DNA from: a virus
Lineage: Duplodnaviria; Caudoviricetes
IMG/VR virus record: IMGVR_UViG_3300032327_000348
Coordinates: 32,001 to 96,000 of that record
DNA: 64,000 nt
Reading direction: 5' to 3' (one strand)
Below the pieces are notes generated by a model that saw only the letters and a program-made list of their open reading frames with translations, ran no database searches and was not told the DNA's origin. The translations under genes were made by a program, and so were the position numbers. Shown here piece by piece: positions 37,366 through 45,991 of this stretch (positions within the stretch are counted from its first letter, which is position 1; each line of letters opens with the position of its first letter).

Positions 37366-38755
37366 ACTTCTTTAACATCTCATATAGTTTAGGAAAAGTA
37401 TCGTTGAATGAATCTTTACGATAATCATCATGTAAACGTGTTTTATCAAAAAATGTTTTTAACAGTTCTTCATCATATTTAGATCCATACATAAAATTAA
37501 TAATATTGTCAATGGAGGGCGACCAATTGGTCAATAGATTGTGTACATCTATAGATAGCAATTGTTCTTTAATTATATCTTTAACTTCATTGGGAAGATT
37601 TACAATAGAATAATGATGCGGGTAATGGACTAAATTCAATACTACTTGCATGCCATAGTCTTTAACAAACTCAAAGAATTCTTTTAGATATAACACATTT
37701 AGTATACCAACTGTTGTATAGAATTTTAATATTATGTTAACGTTGTACTTTGCAGCCAATTCTTTATATTGTGCAATATTTTGCAATACTTCATCCCACT
37801 TAGCATTCTTACGTTGAAATTCAAAACGAGAACCAATATCGTCTATACTAAAGTTTATTCCAACTTCCTTAAAGGGAGCCCATAGTTTAAAGAATTCTTC
37901 ATCACAAATAGTACCGTTGGTATTGTAGTACAGACTAGTATTTGCCGGTGTGCCGAACTCATTTATAATACGTAATATTTTATCATGCTCTTGTTGCATT
38001 AATGGTTCGCCGCCATAGAATTCTAAATATTCAATAGTAGGAGCCCATTGTTTTAATATTTCTTCATTGTTAAGATTCTCAGAAAACTTTTCTCTTGCAT
38101 TGCTAGTAAAAGTTTTAACATCACCCATATCAATAACTTTTAAATCAATTATTTCTTTCATCCACTGAGTACTTAAAAAAGGTGTGCATATTCTACACTT
38201 GAGATTGCACAAATTACTTAGTTTTAAATCTAAAGTTTTTGGATACAGTCTAGGTATATGATGGAAAAATGTAGCATAGGGATGTTCTTTACCGCCCTTT
38301 TCTTTAGTTAGCCTCATACTGGGTATGCCAGCGGCTTCTTCATCCCAGCATGCCTTGCAACCAGTGGGACGTTCATTTCTAAGAAACTGATCTCGTAAAT
38401 TTTGAAATTCAGGCTGCTCCCATAATTCACCTATATCTACCTCAGGTAATTTAGGAACATTTTGTTGCCATGTAGGATCACCTACTTTATACTTACAACA
38501 AGGACGTGCTCTACCATCTGGATCTAATTGAAAATGTGTAAAGGGATATAAACAAAAATTATCCGGGACCTGTTTTCTCAAAGTTTCGGTATATTCAGGT
38601 TCATACCCCGGTTCTTTACCGTAATGTGGAGAATTTTTAATAATACTCAATAAATCTAAATTATAGGTTTCATCAAGTAATTTACTAGTAAACCATACAA
38701 AAGATCCTTTACCGTCATCTTCTTTATAGATAGGTATGAATTGTTTCTTATCCAT
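37358..38755 (-). CDS. Radical SAM protein with an N-terminal twitch domain
   Basis: CNLKCRIC, GGEPL, TNGT. FCLYPF...PCC...CKACW. Paralog of 36184..37365. Confidence 0.92.
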   Translation of the reverse strand: MDKKQFIPIYKEDDGKGSFVWFTSKLLDETYNLDLLSIIKNSPHYGKEPGYEPEYTETLRKQVPDNFCLYPFTHFQLDPDGRARPCCKYKVGDPTWQQNVPKLPEVDIGELWEQPEFQNLRDQFLRNERPTGCKACWDEEAAGIPSMRLTKEKGGKEHPYATFFHHIPRLYPKTLDLKLSNLCNLKCRICTPFLSTQWMKEIIDLKVIDMGDVKTFTSNAREKFSENLNNEEILKQWAPTIEYLEFYGGEPLMQQEHDKILRIINEFGTPANTSLYYNTNGTICDEEFFKLWAPFKEVGINFSIDDIGSRFEFQRKNAKWDEVLQNIAQYKELAAKYNVNIILKFYTTVGILNVLYLKEFFEFVKDYGMQVVLNLVHYPHHYSIVNLPNEVKDIIKEQLLSIDVHNLLTNWSPSIDNIINFMYGSKYDEELLKTFFDKTRLHDDYRKDSFNDTFPKLYEMLKKYE

Positions 38756-40140
38756 TATAAACCTTTACACATGTTATAAAAGTCAGTGTATTCTGGGAAT
38801 GTGCCAGTTAACTGTAATCCTCTGCGTGAATCATAAGTGTCAAACCACTCAGCGAATTTCTTTCTGTCATTTAATCTATCAATTGATTGATTGTTAATAC
38901 CATCAATAATAGTTTGTAGGAATTTAGCATACGCTGACCATGTACCAAGTGAATCTTTTACAGGTGGCATTGATTCAGCATTATCATTTAGATACTGTAT
39001 TGTATCTTCTATGTATGGAATAAAGTCTTGTGACAATATCATCGGACTTTGCCAACTAGGGAAGCTAACTAAGTTTTGCTTCAATGTGACTGGTCTACCA
39101 TGTTTTTCGTATAGTTCTTTTGTGTAGGCAATAAAGTTTTTACTACTGGTTATATTCAATGCGTTAACACTCATGATGAACCCAAAATCAAACTCTAGTT
39201 CTTTGTTGGATAATATCGTATCGATGTTCTTAGTGAATCGTTCCCAACTAACGCCATTGCGAATGTACTCTGCTTTGTCTCCCACACTCTCCATGCTACC
39301 TAATATTTCTAAGTTAAATACTTTGGATATCTTGGGTAGATACTGCATTACCTTCTGAAGATAATTTGATGGTGTATTAAAGTTACTTACTATCCATAGT
39401 GTAATCTTTTCTTTGCGTGTATGATTAATTTCTTCAACGCTAGCAATAACTTTATCCATGAAAGTATAGAACTCAGGCATGATTAGTGGTTCGCCACCAA
39501 TCAATCCAAGTCGTGTTATACTATGGCGTCCAACCTTATTAAACCATTCCCAGAACTTACCGTCAAAACTAGTGGGTGCTTTGGGAAATTCTCTATCGTA
39601 TTGTTCTTGTGTTATCTCGTTATATTTGATGCGCTCAGTTGCCCACTGTGTAGAATAATGATGACTACAATACATACACTTCAAGTCGCATGTATTTCCC
39701 ATACTGATTTCCAACATGTATGGTTTGTAACTATACAACGCTGGATGATTTATATCATTGATTTTACTTAATTCTAGTGAAAGTTTTTCATCAGAATATT
39801 CACTAGGTGCTACTTGTTTAGACTTGATTAATTGCCACCACATTTGTTTAGGATGATGGCGTGGACTCTGTATGCCTGATTCTTCTAGTCGCCAGCAACT
39901 GACACATGCTTCAGTTTTACGACCTTGTATCAAGTCCAATCGTTCTTGCCGTTGCTTTGGAGAATTCAAGAAAGCATCAACGCCAAATTCTTGTAACTCG
40001 TTCTCTGTTACTAGACTAGTAGGCGTTCTACAGCAACTTCTAAACTCACCCCTATCCATACCAAATATAGGATAGTTCCATTTTAAATCGCATATAGTGT
40101 CTAATGGGCCAACATTAGTTGCATTAGTTATTATTTTCAT
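38755..40140 (-). CDS. Radical SAM protein with an N-terminal twitch domain
   Basis: CDLKCMYC, GGEPL. CDLKW...SCC...CVSCW. Paralog of the 29119 gene. Confidence 0.92.
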   Translation of the reverse strand: MKIITNATNVGPLDTICDLKWNYPIFGMDRGEFRSCCRTPTSLVTENELQEFGVDAFLNSPKQRQERLDLIQGRKTEACVSCWRLEESGIQSPRHHPKQMWWQLIKSKQVAPSEYSDEKLSLELSKINDINHPALYSYKPYMLEISMGNTCDLKCMYCSHHYSTQWATERIKYNEITQEQYDREFPKAPTSFDGKFWEWFNKVGRHSITRLGLIGGEPLIMPEFYTFMDKVIASVEEINHTRKEKITLWIVSNFNTPSNYLQKVMQYLPKISKVFNLEILGSMESVGDKAEYIRNGVSWERFTKNIDTILSNKELEFDFGFIMSVNALNITSSKNFIAYTKELYEKHGRPVTLKQNLVSFPSWQSPMILSQDFIPYIEDTIQYLNDNAESMPPVKDSLGTWSAYAKFLQTIIDGINNQSIDRLNDRKKFAEWFDTYDSRRGLQLTGTFPEYTDFYNMCKGL

Positions 40141-40152
40141 GAGTTATAGTAG

Positions 40153-40905
40153 TTAGGTTATTGAATTATCTATTTTACTTTTTATTGTCAATAATTGGTC
40201 ATAATTAGTAATCATTGAACTATACGGAAGGTCATATAATTTTAGTAAACCCGGTGTTGAGTTAAACGGTATCATATTGGATGTGCAGTCTGATTTCAAT
40301 GTTTGATAATTAACAGTCACACAATCGATCTCCTCTGCCATCTTTTGTTTAGTATCATATGCTAGTAAAAATTCAGTATACAATACTTCAAACTTATATG
40401 TATCCAATGTGATATTAGGAGCAATAATATTTTTTTGTTTCCCATTAATGGTACTATACCAATATTCATTATTTGTATTCCAGTGGTGAGCCACTCCGGT
40501 GTCTATAGCTACCAACAAACTTATGGTACTATCAAACGGGTCTCTATTAATATTGACAATCTTAAATCCATATTCTTTAATTTTTTTAAGATGTTCTATG
40601 TCATCTGTAACTTGATTTGGCCAGTACATGTATTTTATAATGACTGATTGATTTTTTGATCCACGTGATAAAATATCTAATCTAGAATTTATAAAGTCAT
40701 TTTTAGAAATTTCTATAATAGTTTTTTCTTCTTTAAATGCACAGATTAAACCAGTAGCGTTTACTTCATAATGTTTATCATCTACAAATGGCGTGAAAAA
40801 TTCATCTAAATTAATAAAATTTTTAACGTTATATAAGTTAAAAGCAATTCCATTGAGCAGCCAAGAACTTCCTGTTCTAGGAATACTAAGTACGCAATAT
40901 CTCAT
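40153..40905 (-). CDS. Sulfotransferase-like protein (Stf0/PAPS-binding type)
   Basis: N-terminal VLSIPRTGSSWL (5'-PSB-like loop) and RDPFDSTIS (3'-PB-like R...S). Confidence 0.6.
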   Translation of the reverse strand: MRYCVLSIPRTGSSWLLNGIAFNLYNVKNFINLDEFFTPFVDDKHYEVNATGLICAFKEEKTIIEISKNDFINSRLDILSRGSKNQSVIIKYMYWPNQVTDDIEHLKKIKEYGFKIVNINRDPFDSTISLLVAIDTGVAHHWNTNNEYWYSTINGKQKNIIAPNITLDTYKFEVLYTEFLLAYDTKQKMAEEIDCVTVNYQTLKSDCTSNMIPFNSTPGLLKLYDLPYSSMITNYDQLLTIKSKIDNSIT

Positions 40906-41849
40906 AATTGTTCCTTTGTACTCATGATGTCAAAATTACAGTGACACATTGTTTTATTACAAATGACAGGTGTTTTAGTTACTTCAAAATTTTCAAAGAT
41001 GTTGCCAATCTTGCCGCCAACTTTACACCATCCTCTAAACACATCTCCAGACAAGTCAACAACAATTTGTTCTTCTCCACTGTAGCATTTCCATCCACTC
41101 CAATCATTTGTCTTTTGACTAATGAATCTATGTGCGCTAGATACAATTTCTGTGCCATCTTCTTTAACCATCTTCATAGCACCTCGATAGTAATCAAATG
41201 ATTTGGTATATTTGATGTGTTTAACAATTAATTCATGTTGCTTATCAAAAATCTTTTTCTGAAAATCATCATAGTCAAACAATGTATCACCAAAATCATG
41301 AATCAATGGTTGTAGTGCCATACTGATGTTACCCAATGTTTTAACTTTGTTTGCGATAGCATAACAGAAGTCAAACTTCTCTGGACTCATCATAATGTTT
41401 ACGTGTGTTCTTACATCATTATTTAATAACTTAACTACTTGAACAAAGTGGTCAGCATCAGCAAACTCAGGATGAAAACTTAGACACACGTGGTCAAAGT
41501 ATTGTTTGTTATCTTCCCACCAACGTAGTGTTCTACTACCATTGCTAATTAATCCCACCTTAGCACCAAGCGCAGTAGCATGTTGGCAAATTTCAGTGAA
41601 GTGTTTATATAGTGTTACTTCTCCACCTGTCAACTCATAATATACTTTTCTAGGAGCAACTTGTTCAGATACCCTAGTCATAAATTGTTTAATCTGTTCT
41701 ATCTCAGGCCACTTTATGCTACCTGAGTGAAGGTCATCTGGACAATAACTACATTCAAAATTACAAGTGTTGCCTAAGCACCAGTTAACTACGAACCAAT
41801 CTTCATGTGTGGGATTACTGTGTGCTAATTTAATATAGTCGTGTTGCAT
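40902..41849 (-). CDS. Radical SAM protein with a C-terminal auxiliary Fe-S domain
   Basis: CNFECSYC, TGGEVT, ISNGSR. C-terminal WKCYSG...WC...C...CHC. Start 41849 from TAATG coupling. Confidence 0.92.
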   Translation of the reverse strand: MQHDYIKLAHSNPTHEDWFVVNWCLGNTCNFECSYCPDDLHSGSIKWPEIEQIKQFMTRVSEQVAPRKVYYELTGGEVTLYKHFTEICQHATALGAKVGLISNGSRTLRWWEDNKQYFDHVCLSFHPEFADADHFVQVVKLLNNDVRTHVNIMMSPEKFDFCYAIANKVKTLGNISMALQPLIHDFGDTLFDYDDFQKKIFDKQHELIVKHIKYTKSFDYYRGAMKMVKEDGTEIVSSAHRFISQKTNDWSGWKCYSGEEQIVVDLSGDVFRGWCKVGGKIGNIFENFEVTKTPVICNKTMCHCNFDIMSTKEQL

Positions 41850-42802
41850 TACCATCCTTCTATTTTTCTAATAACGTCCATTTCTTTTACTAATGGTCCG
41901 AGATTATATTTATCGGCACTATAATGGCGTTTGAAGAACTTGCTTTGAGATCCGTCAAAGTGATGCATTGGTAAACCAAGTTTATCAGTCAATGCTAAAC
42001 CTATTAATCCTGATTGACGATCAGGGTCTCGGTTTTCGTGTTCTTCCCATAGTACAGTATAGTTATCAAACCATTGCACATTAGCAGGATCCCATTCTGT
42101 AAGCATAGTCATGTATGTACCAAGTCTTGCACCATAAATAGCCCATTCTCCGTTCTCCACATCACGACCAATATTGTGCCAAATAGTTAAGTTATTTAAG
42201 TTGCGGCTTGCTACTGATTCTTTTAATGTATCTACTGTAGGTTTTGCCCCTCTATCAAGAACCATTTTCACACCTTCACGGAAACCTGCACGCCATGCTT
42301 GAAACGGTGTATGGTTTGGATAGGTAGTAGAATAGCAGTCATGCATTGCCCAGTATAAGTTATCTTTGCTATCTAAACAAAAATCAGCAATACGAGACAC
42401 ATCTCCATCTTTTTGATGTTCATGTGTTTGCATCTCACGCACATAAGTCTTTGTCCAACTACTCATGCCACCGTTACCATAACGTAGCCCGTTGATTGAG
42501 TTAGTTGCTTTCCAACGAAATTGTGCTAACTTAAAGTTAGGATCTTTCTCAGTGAAATCTAATTGTAGGTTAAAGAAACTTTCTTCTGGCATGTTGTCCC
42601 CATCAATCAGAATAAAACGTTCAGTATCGCTTGCTTCACCTGCTGCTTTGTGTGCGGCATCACTACCTTTAACGCCATCAACACGCTTTGCCCATGGTAC
42701 CATGTTTTTAATTTTTAACCAAAATTCTTCTTTTTGTGGTTCGTCATAACTGAGATATATGCAATCTAAATCAGCTATGTCTACAATATTATCCAAGTTC
42801 AT
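41849..42802 (-). CDS. Phage glycosyltransferase-like protein (GT-A fold, DxD)
   Basis: LSYDEP, AHKAA, FILIDGDN (DxD), NGLRYGNGG, AWRAGFREGVK. Confidence 0.7.
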   Translation of the reverse strand: MNLDNIVDIADLDCIYLSYDEPQKEEFWLKIKNMVPWAKRVDGVKGSDAAHKAAGEASDTERFILIDGDNMPEESFFNLQLDFTEKDPNFKLAQFRWKATNSINGLRYGNGGMSSWTKTYVREMQTHEHQKDGDVSRIADFCLDSKDNLYWAMHDCYSTTYPNHTPFQAWRAGFREGVKMVLDRGAKPTVDTLKESVASRNLNNLTIWHNIGRDVENGEWAIYGARLGTYMTMLTEWDPANVQWFDNYTVLWEEHENRDPDRQSGLIGLALTDKLGLPMHHFDGSQSKFFKRHYSADKYNLGPLVKEMDVIRKIEGW

Positions 42803-43139
42803 ATATGTTTAATTTCCATTTAATAGTTTCGCCGGTGTAATCGTTAGGGACTATGATACTGATATCTTCTTTAGCGCATTTTACACCTTCTGTGGTGTTG
42901 GGCGTTAATCTTGTTACGACCAAACTAGAATTTATTGTTGAGAGTTTACCATTGACTATTCTTATGTCAGGTCGAGCCTGAGCAAAAGTAATACTGTCAA
43001 TGACTACATAATTTCCTTCTATCTTCTCACACGTATATGTTATTACTTTACCTTGATCATCGTAATATAATCTAAATTCGGGCGGGATAATTTTAGGTGC
43101 TTCCCAAATTATAAAACTATCTTCTATGCTTTCATTCAT
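42789..43139 (-). CDS. Hypothetical protein
   Basis: 116 aa, coupled within the glycosyltransferase block. Confidence 0.7.
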   Translation of the reverse strand: MNESIEDSFIIWEAPKIIPPEFRLYYDDQGKVITYTCEKIEGNYVVIDSITFAQARPDIRIVNGKLSTINSSLVVTRLTPNTTEGVKCAKEDISIIVPNDYTGETIKWKLNIYELG

Positions 43140-43885
43140 AATATACCCTCATTAATTATAGTTGCAAAATCCTTAATATGATAATGTAAGGGGTAATGTT
43201 GTGGATATGTGTTGATTCTTATTTGATCCGATAAACATTCAGTGACCAATACATCTGTCCAATTTTCAGATGGCATGCCATTTATATATTGTTTCATGTG
43301 TGTCATACTCAACAACCCGGGTATTTGAGTTTTTTCTTTACCCAAAATATGACAAGCAATTGAGTATGCCCAGTCAGTTGTTGCTTCTTCTTGTGGATTA
43401 CATTTCAATATTGCCTTATAGTCTTTCCAATTCTCAAATACATCTCTGACAATTTCAAAGAACTTTTTGGCAGTATCTGATTTTTTAAAATATGTAATAG
43501 CGTTATAACACTCCGGTAAATTGTTATCATCAATGAATTTGCGATAGGCACGTACATTAGATATTTCACCTTTAAAGTTTCTGATAGTGTCACATACAAC
43601 TACATCACGCTGACCTAATGTATCCCATAGATAATCTAAACTATTTGGTATGTACATGTCTGCTTCCAACTTAATTGTCTCGTCATATGGACTACATTCA
43701 TAAACTTGCCAATCATTCTGCAACTTCCAATTTGTATGAGGTGCTTGGTCTCCGTAGGGCAACATTTCGGTAGTGACAATCGTTATATTGGCGTCAGGCA
43801 TTACTCGTTTAATACTTGCCTTTAGTGTTGTAGCACACTTGACATAATTTTCACCTTGTGCCATAATTACAAAGCCTTTGGTCAT
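43136..43885 (-). CDS. Glycosyltransferase-like protein (GT-A fold)
   Basis: KGF.I.A, SIK, SPYDETIKLEADM (ExD in place of DxD), PLHYH. Paralog of the next gene. Confidence 0.65.
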   Translation of the reverse strand: MTKGFVIMAQGENYVKCATTLKASIKRVMPDANITIVTTEMLPYGDQAPHTNWKLQNDWQVYECSPYDETIKLEADMYIPNSLDYLWDTLGQRDVVVCDTIRNFKGEISNVRAYRKFIDDNNLPECYNAITYFKKSDTAKKFFEIVRDVFENWKDYKAILKCNPQEEATTDWAYSIACHILGKEKTQIPGLLSMTHMKQYINGMPSENWTDVLVTECLSDQIRINTYPQHYPLHYHIKDFATIINEGIL

Positions 43886-44685
43886 TTAATGAGCTCCATA
43901 AAAATATCTTTGTTCATAGTATGAAAGTCTGTGTTTTTAATTGTAATATATTCTTTGCGAATTTTACCACGTTGCCAATTATCATACATGATTGTGTAGT
44001 CTGTATTAAATTCATCATTGTTGTTATTATAAACTAAGGTGTTTTTGCCAACGTGTACTAAATTCCACGGAATGATGTCTTCTTTAGGACTTGTGTGCCC
44101 GTTAACAATTCTTGTTGCTAGTGTTAGTGCATAGTCATTACGATACACGCCGGCAATAAAACTATGAATGTTTGCGTAATGGTCATAATTATTTTGAATC
44201 ATCTCCAAACATTCAAAAATTTGTTTTGCTCGGTTTGTTTTTCTAAACATCACTACAGTAGCCCATAATGTTTTAAAACTATATGCACTTAATACTTCTT
44301 GTGCTACTCCGGGATGCATTAAGAAACTAGTAGTGTCATGGCAACAAAAATCTGTAGGTATATCAAATAATCTTAATAGAGTAGTTGAATTAACTACATA
44401 ATCGGTGTCAAGCAAAATAGTGTCATCATATGGACTTAATTCATATGCCTGATATCTACCTTTATTAATCCAAACTGAGTGCTCTCTGATATTATTCTTA
44501 TCTGGTTCAACAACAATAGTATTGTCAAACTGATAGTCAGGGTTTGCCGGGATAGATGTTATATCTGTCACAACTGTTACAGGTAGATCCAAAAAGTGAT
44601 TAATGCGTTTAGCAGTTGCTACTGCCATTTCATAGTATTTGTACTTTGGTGAGTTAAACGCAAATAATAATGCGCCTTTGCTCAT
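43882..44685 (-). CDS. Glycosyltransferase-like protein (GT-A fold)
   Basis: KGALLFAFN, SPYDDTILLDTDY (DxD), WATV..FRK, YRNDYA, H.MNK. Confidence 0.7.
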   Translation of the reverse strand: MSKGALLFAFNSPKYKYYEMAVATAKRINHFLDLPVTVVTDITSIPANPDYQFDNTIVVEPDKNNIREHSVWINKGRYQAYELSPYDDTILLDTDYVVNSTTLLRLFDIPTDFCCHDTTSFLMHPGVAQEVLSAYSFKTLWATVVMFRKTNRAKQIFECLEMIQNNYDHYANIHSFIAGVYRNDYALTLATRIVNGHTSPKEDIIPWNLVHVGKNTLVYNNNNDEFNTDYTIMYDNWQRGKIRKEYITIKNTDFHTMNKDIFMELIK

Positions 44686-44987
44686 CGGTTACCTTCTAGT
44701 TCTTTCCATTCTTTATACCATTCTAGCATAACGGTATTATATGTAGTTTGTAGTAACTCTAATAAGTGTTCACGATTAACCTGTACCGGATTAGAAAATG
44801 TATCAATCATGACAATATAATTGTCTGTGAATGAATTTAAAAAAGAAATGGTTTGTTGGTCGGCCTTCCAGAGTCCACCTTGATCAGCAACCGTTAGTTT
44901 ACTATCATACTTATCTTTAAGTTGGGCTTTTGCCGAGTTGTGATTGAAGCGGGCTTTGGCTTCTAAAATTAAGGTCTTTGTATCCAT
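44682..44987 (-). CDS. Hypothetical protein
   Basis: 101 aa, AGGAG SD, late promoter core at 45003-45009. Confidence 0.75.
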   Translation of the reverse strand: MDTKTLILEAKARFNHNSAKAQLKDKYDSKLTVADQGGLWKADQQTISFLNSFTDNYIVMIDTFSNPVQVNREHLLELLQTTYNTVMLEWYKEWKELEGNR

Positions 44988-45032
44988 ATGTACTCCTAAG
45001 AGTATTTAGAGATACAACGACTGATTGAAAAA

Positions 45033-45983
45033 TTATGATCCTGAGACAGTTCCAGTCACAGAAACTATGCCCCAACTGTTTGCTAGATATGTAGTTTCGG
45101 GTGATTGGACAGTAACTGTAGTAGCCGAGCCAGCAGATACGGTTAAGCCATTTGGCACTTCATCCCAAACTGTGTACAATGTAATGACTGAGCCGGTATC
45201 GTTATTAGAACCCTGTGTACCATTTGATTTGGCAATTACACGAATAAATGTGCTTAAATAAGCAGAAGGTCCAGTAGACGCCAATTGAGTAAACACATTA
45301 GCGTTACTTGTTGTCATAGCATAATAGCCACTGTTTGTGGAAATAGTAGGGCTATTTCCGCCGCCGCCAATTTTAGTAATACCGTTGTAACTTATACCGG
45401 AAATAGTTACTGAACCACTACTAGGGGCTGACATTGTAACTGTACCTATATTAGAACACAAATTATTAAATAGCAAATTAATGCCGGTACCAGATGGGTG
45501 AGAACATGTAACTTTCAATTGTCCACCGGAGTTAAAGAAATAACGGGCTGCATCACCGTTAGCAAATGTAACAGTATGAGTGAATGTTATTGCTGCACTC
45601 CAAGTAGAACCATATGTTGCAGTGTTGGAAACTGTACTTCCCTGTGATGCTGCATTTAATCTAGAACCGTAAATAGTCGTTAAGTTAGTTGGGATAGCAG
45701 ACAAATATGTAATAGTGCCACCAACTGTTGGTGCCGTTACTGAAGTAATACTTGTACCTTGATGTGAAGCTGAGTTTGCTGTTTTGTTAACAAGATTGGC
45801 CCAATTAGAAGCAGTGACTGTATTACCTGCTGATACGTTTGCTTCAGCAGTCTGTCCGTACCCTGCTGTTGAGCCGCCAGTTGCCCATACAGTGTTTAAT
45901 GTACCACTAGAAGTAACCGGATTCCCGCCCACTAGCGTGTTAAAATCTGATGCTTGTATTGTTCCAAATTGTGCGTAGGTCAT
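45033..45983 (-). CDS. S/T/G-rich virion structural protein (tail/baseplate-associated)
   Basis: Very S/T/G-rich. GYGQT and ARYFFNSGG motifs. Lies in the late structural block. Confidence 0.7.
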   Translation of the reverse strand: MTYAQFGTIQASDFNTLVGGNPVTSSGTLNTVWATGGSTAGYGQTAEANVSAGNTVTASNWANLVNKTANSASHQGTSITSVTAPTVGGTITYLSAIPTNLTTIYGSRLNAASQGSTVSNTATYGSTWSAAITFTHTVTFANGDAARYFFNSGGQLKVTCSHPSGTGINLLFNNLCSNIGTVTMSAPSSGSVTISGISYNGITKIGGGGNSPTISTNSGYYAMTTSNANVFTQLASTGPSAYLSTFIRVIAKSNGTQGSNNDTGSVITLYTVWDEVPNGLTVSAGSATTVTVQSPETTYLANSWGIVSVTGTVSGS

Positions 45984-45991
45984 TTTTATCC

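Noticed and set aside
29119-41849. Assigning the radical SAM genes to MoaA, PqqE, QueE or anaerobic sulfatase maturase
   Set aside because: The partner genes (moaC, pqqA-D, queC/D, sulfatase) are not in the window and the domain order is atypical, so no specific name is supportable.
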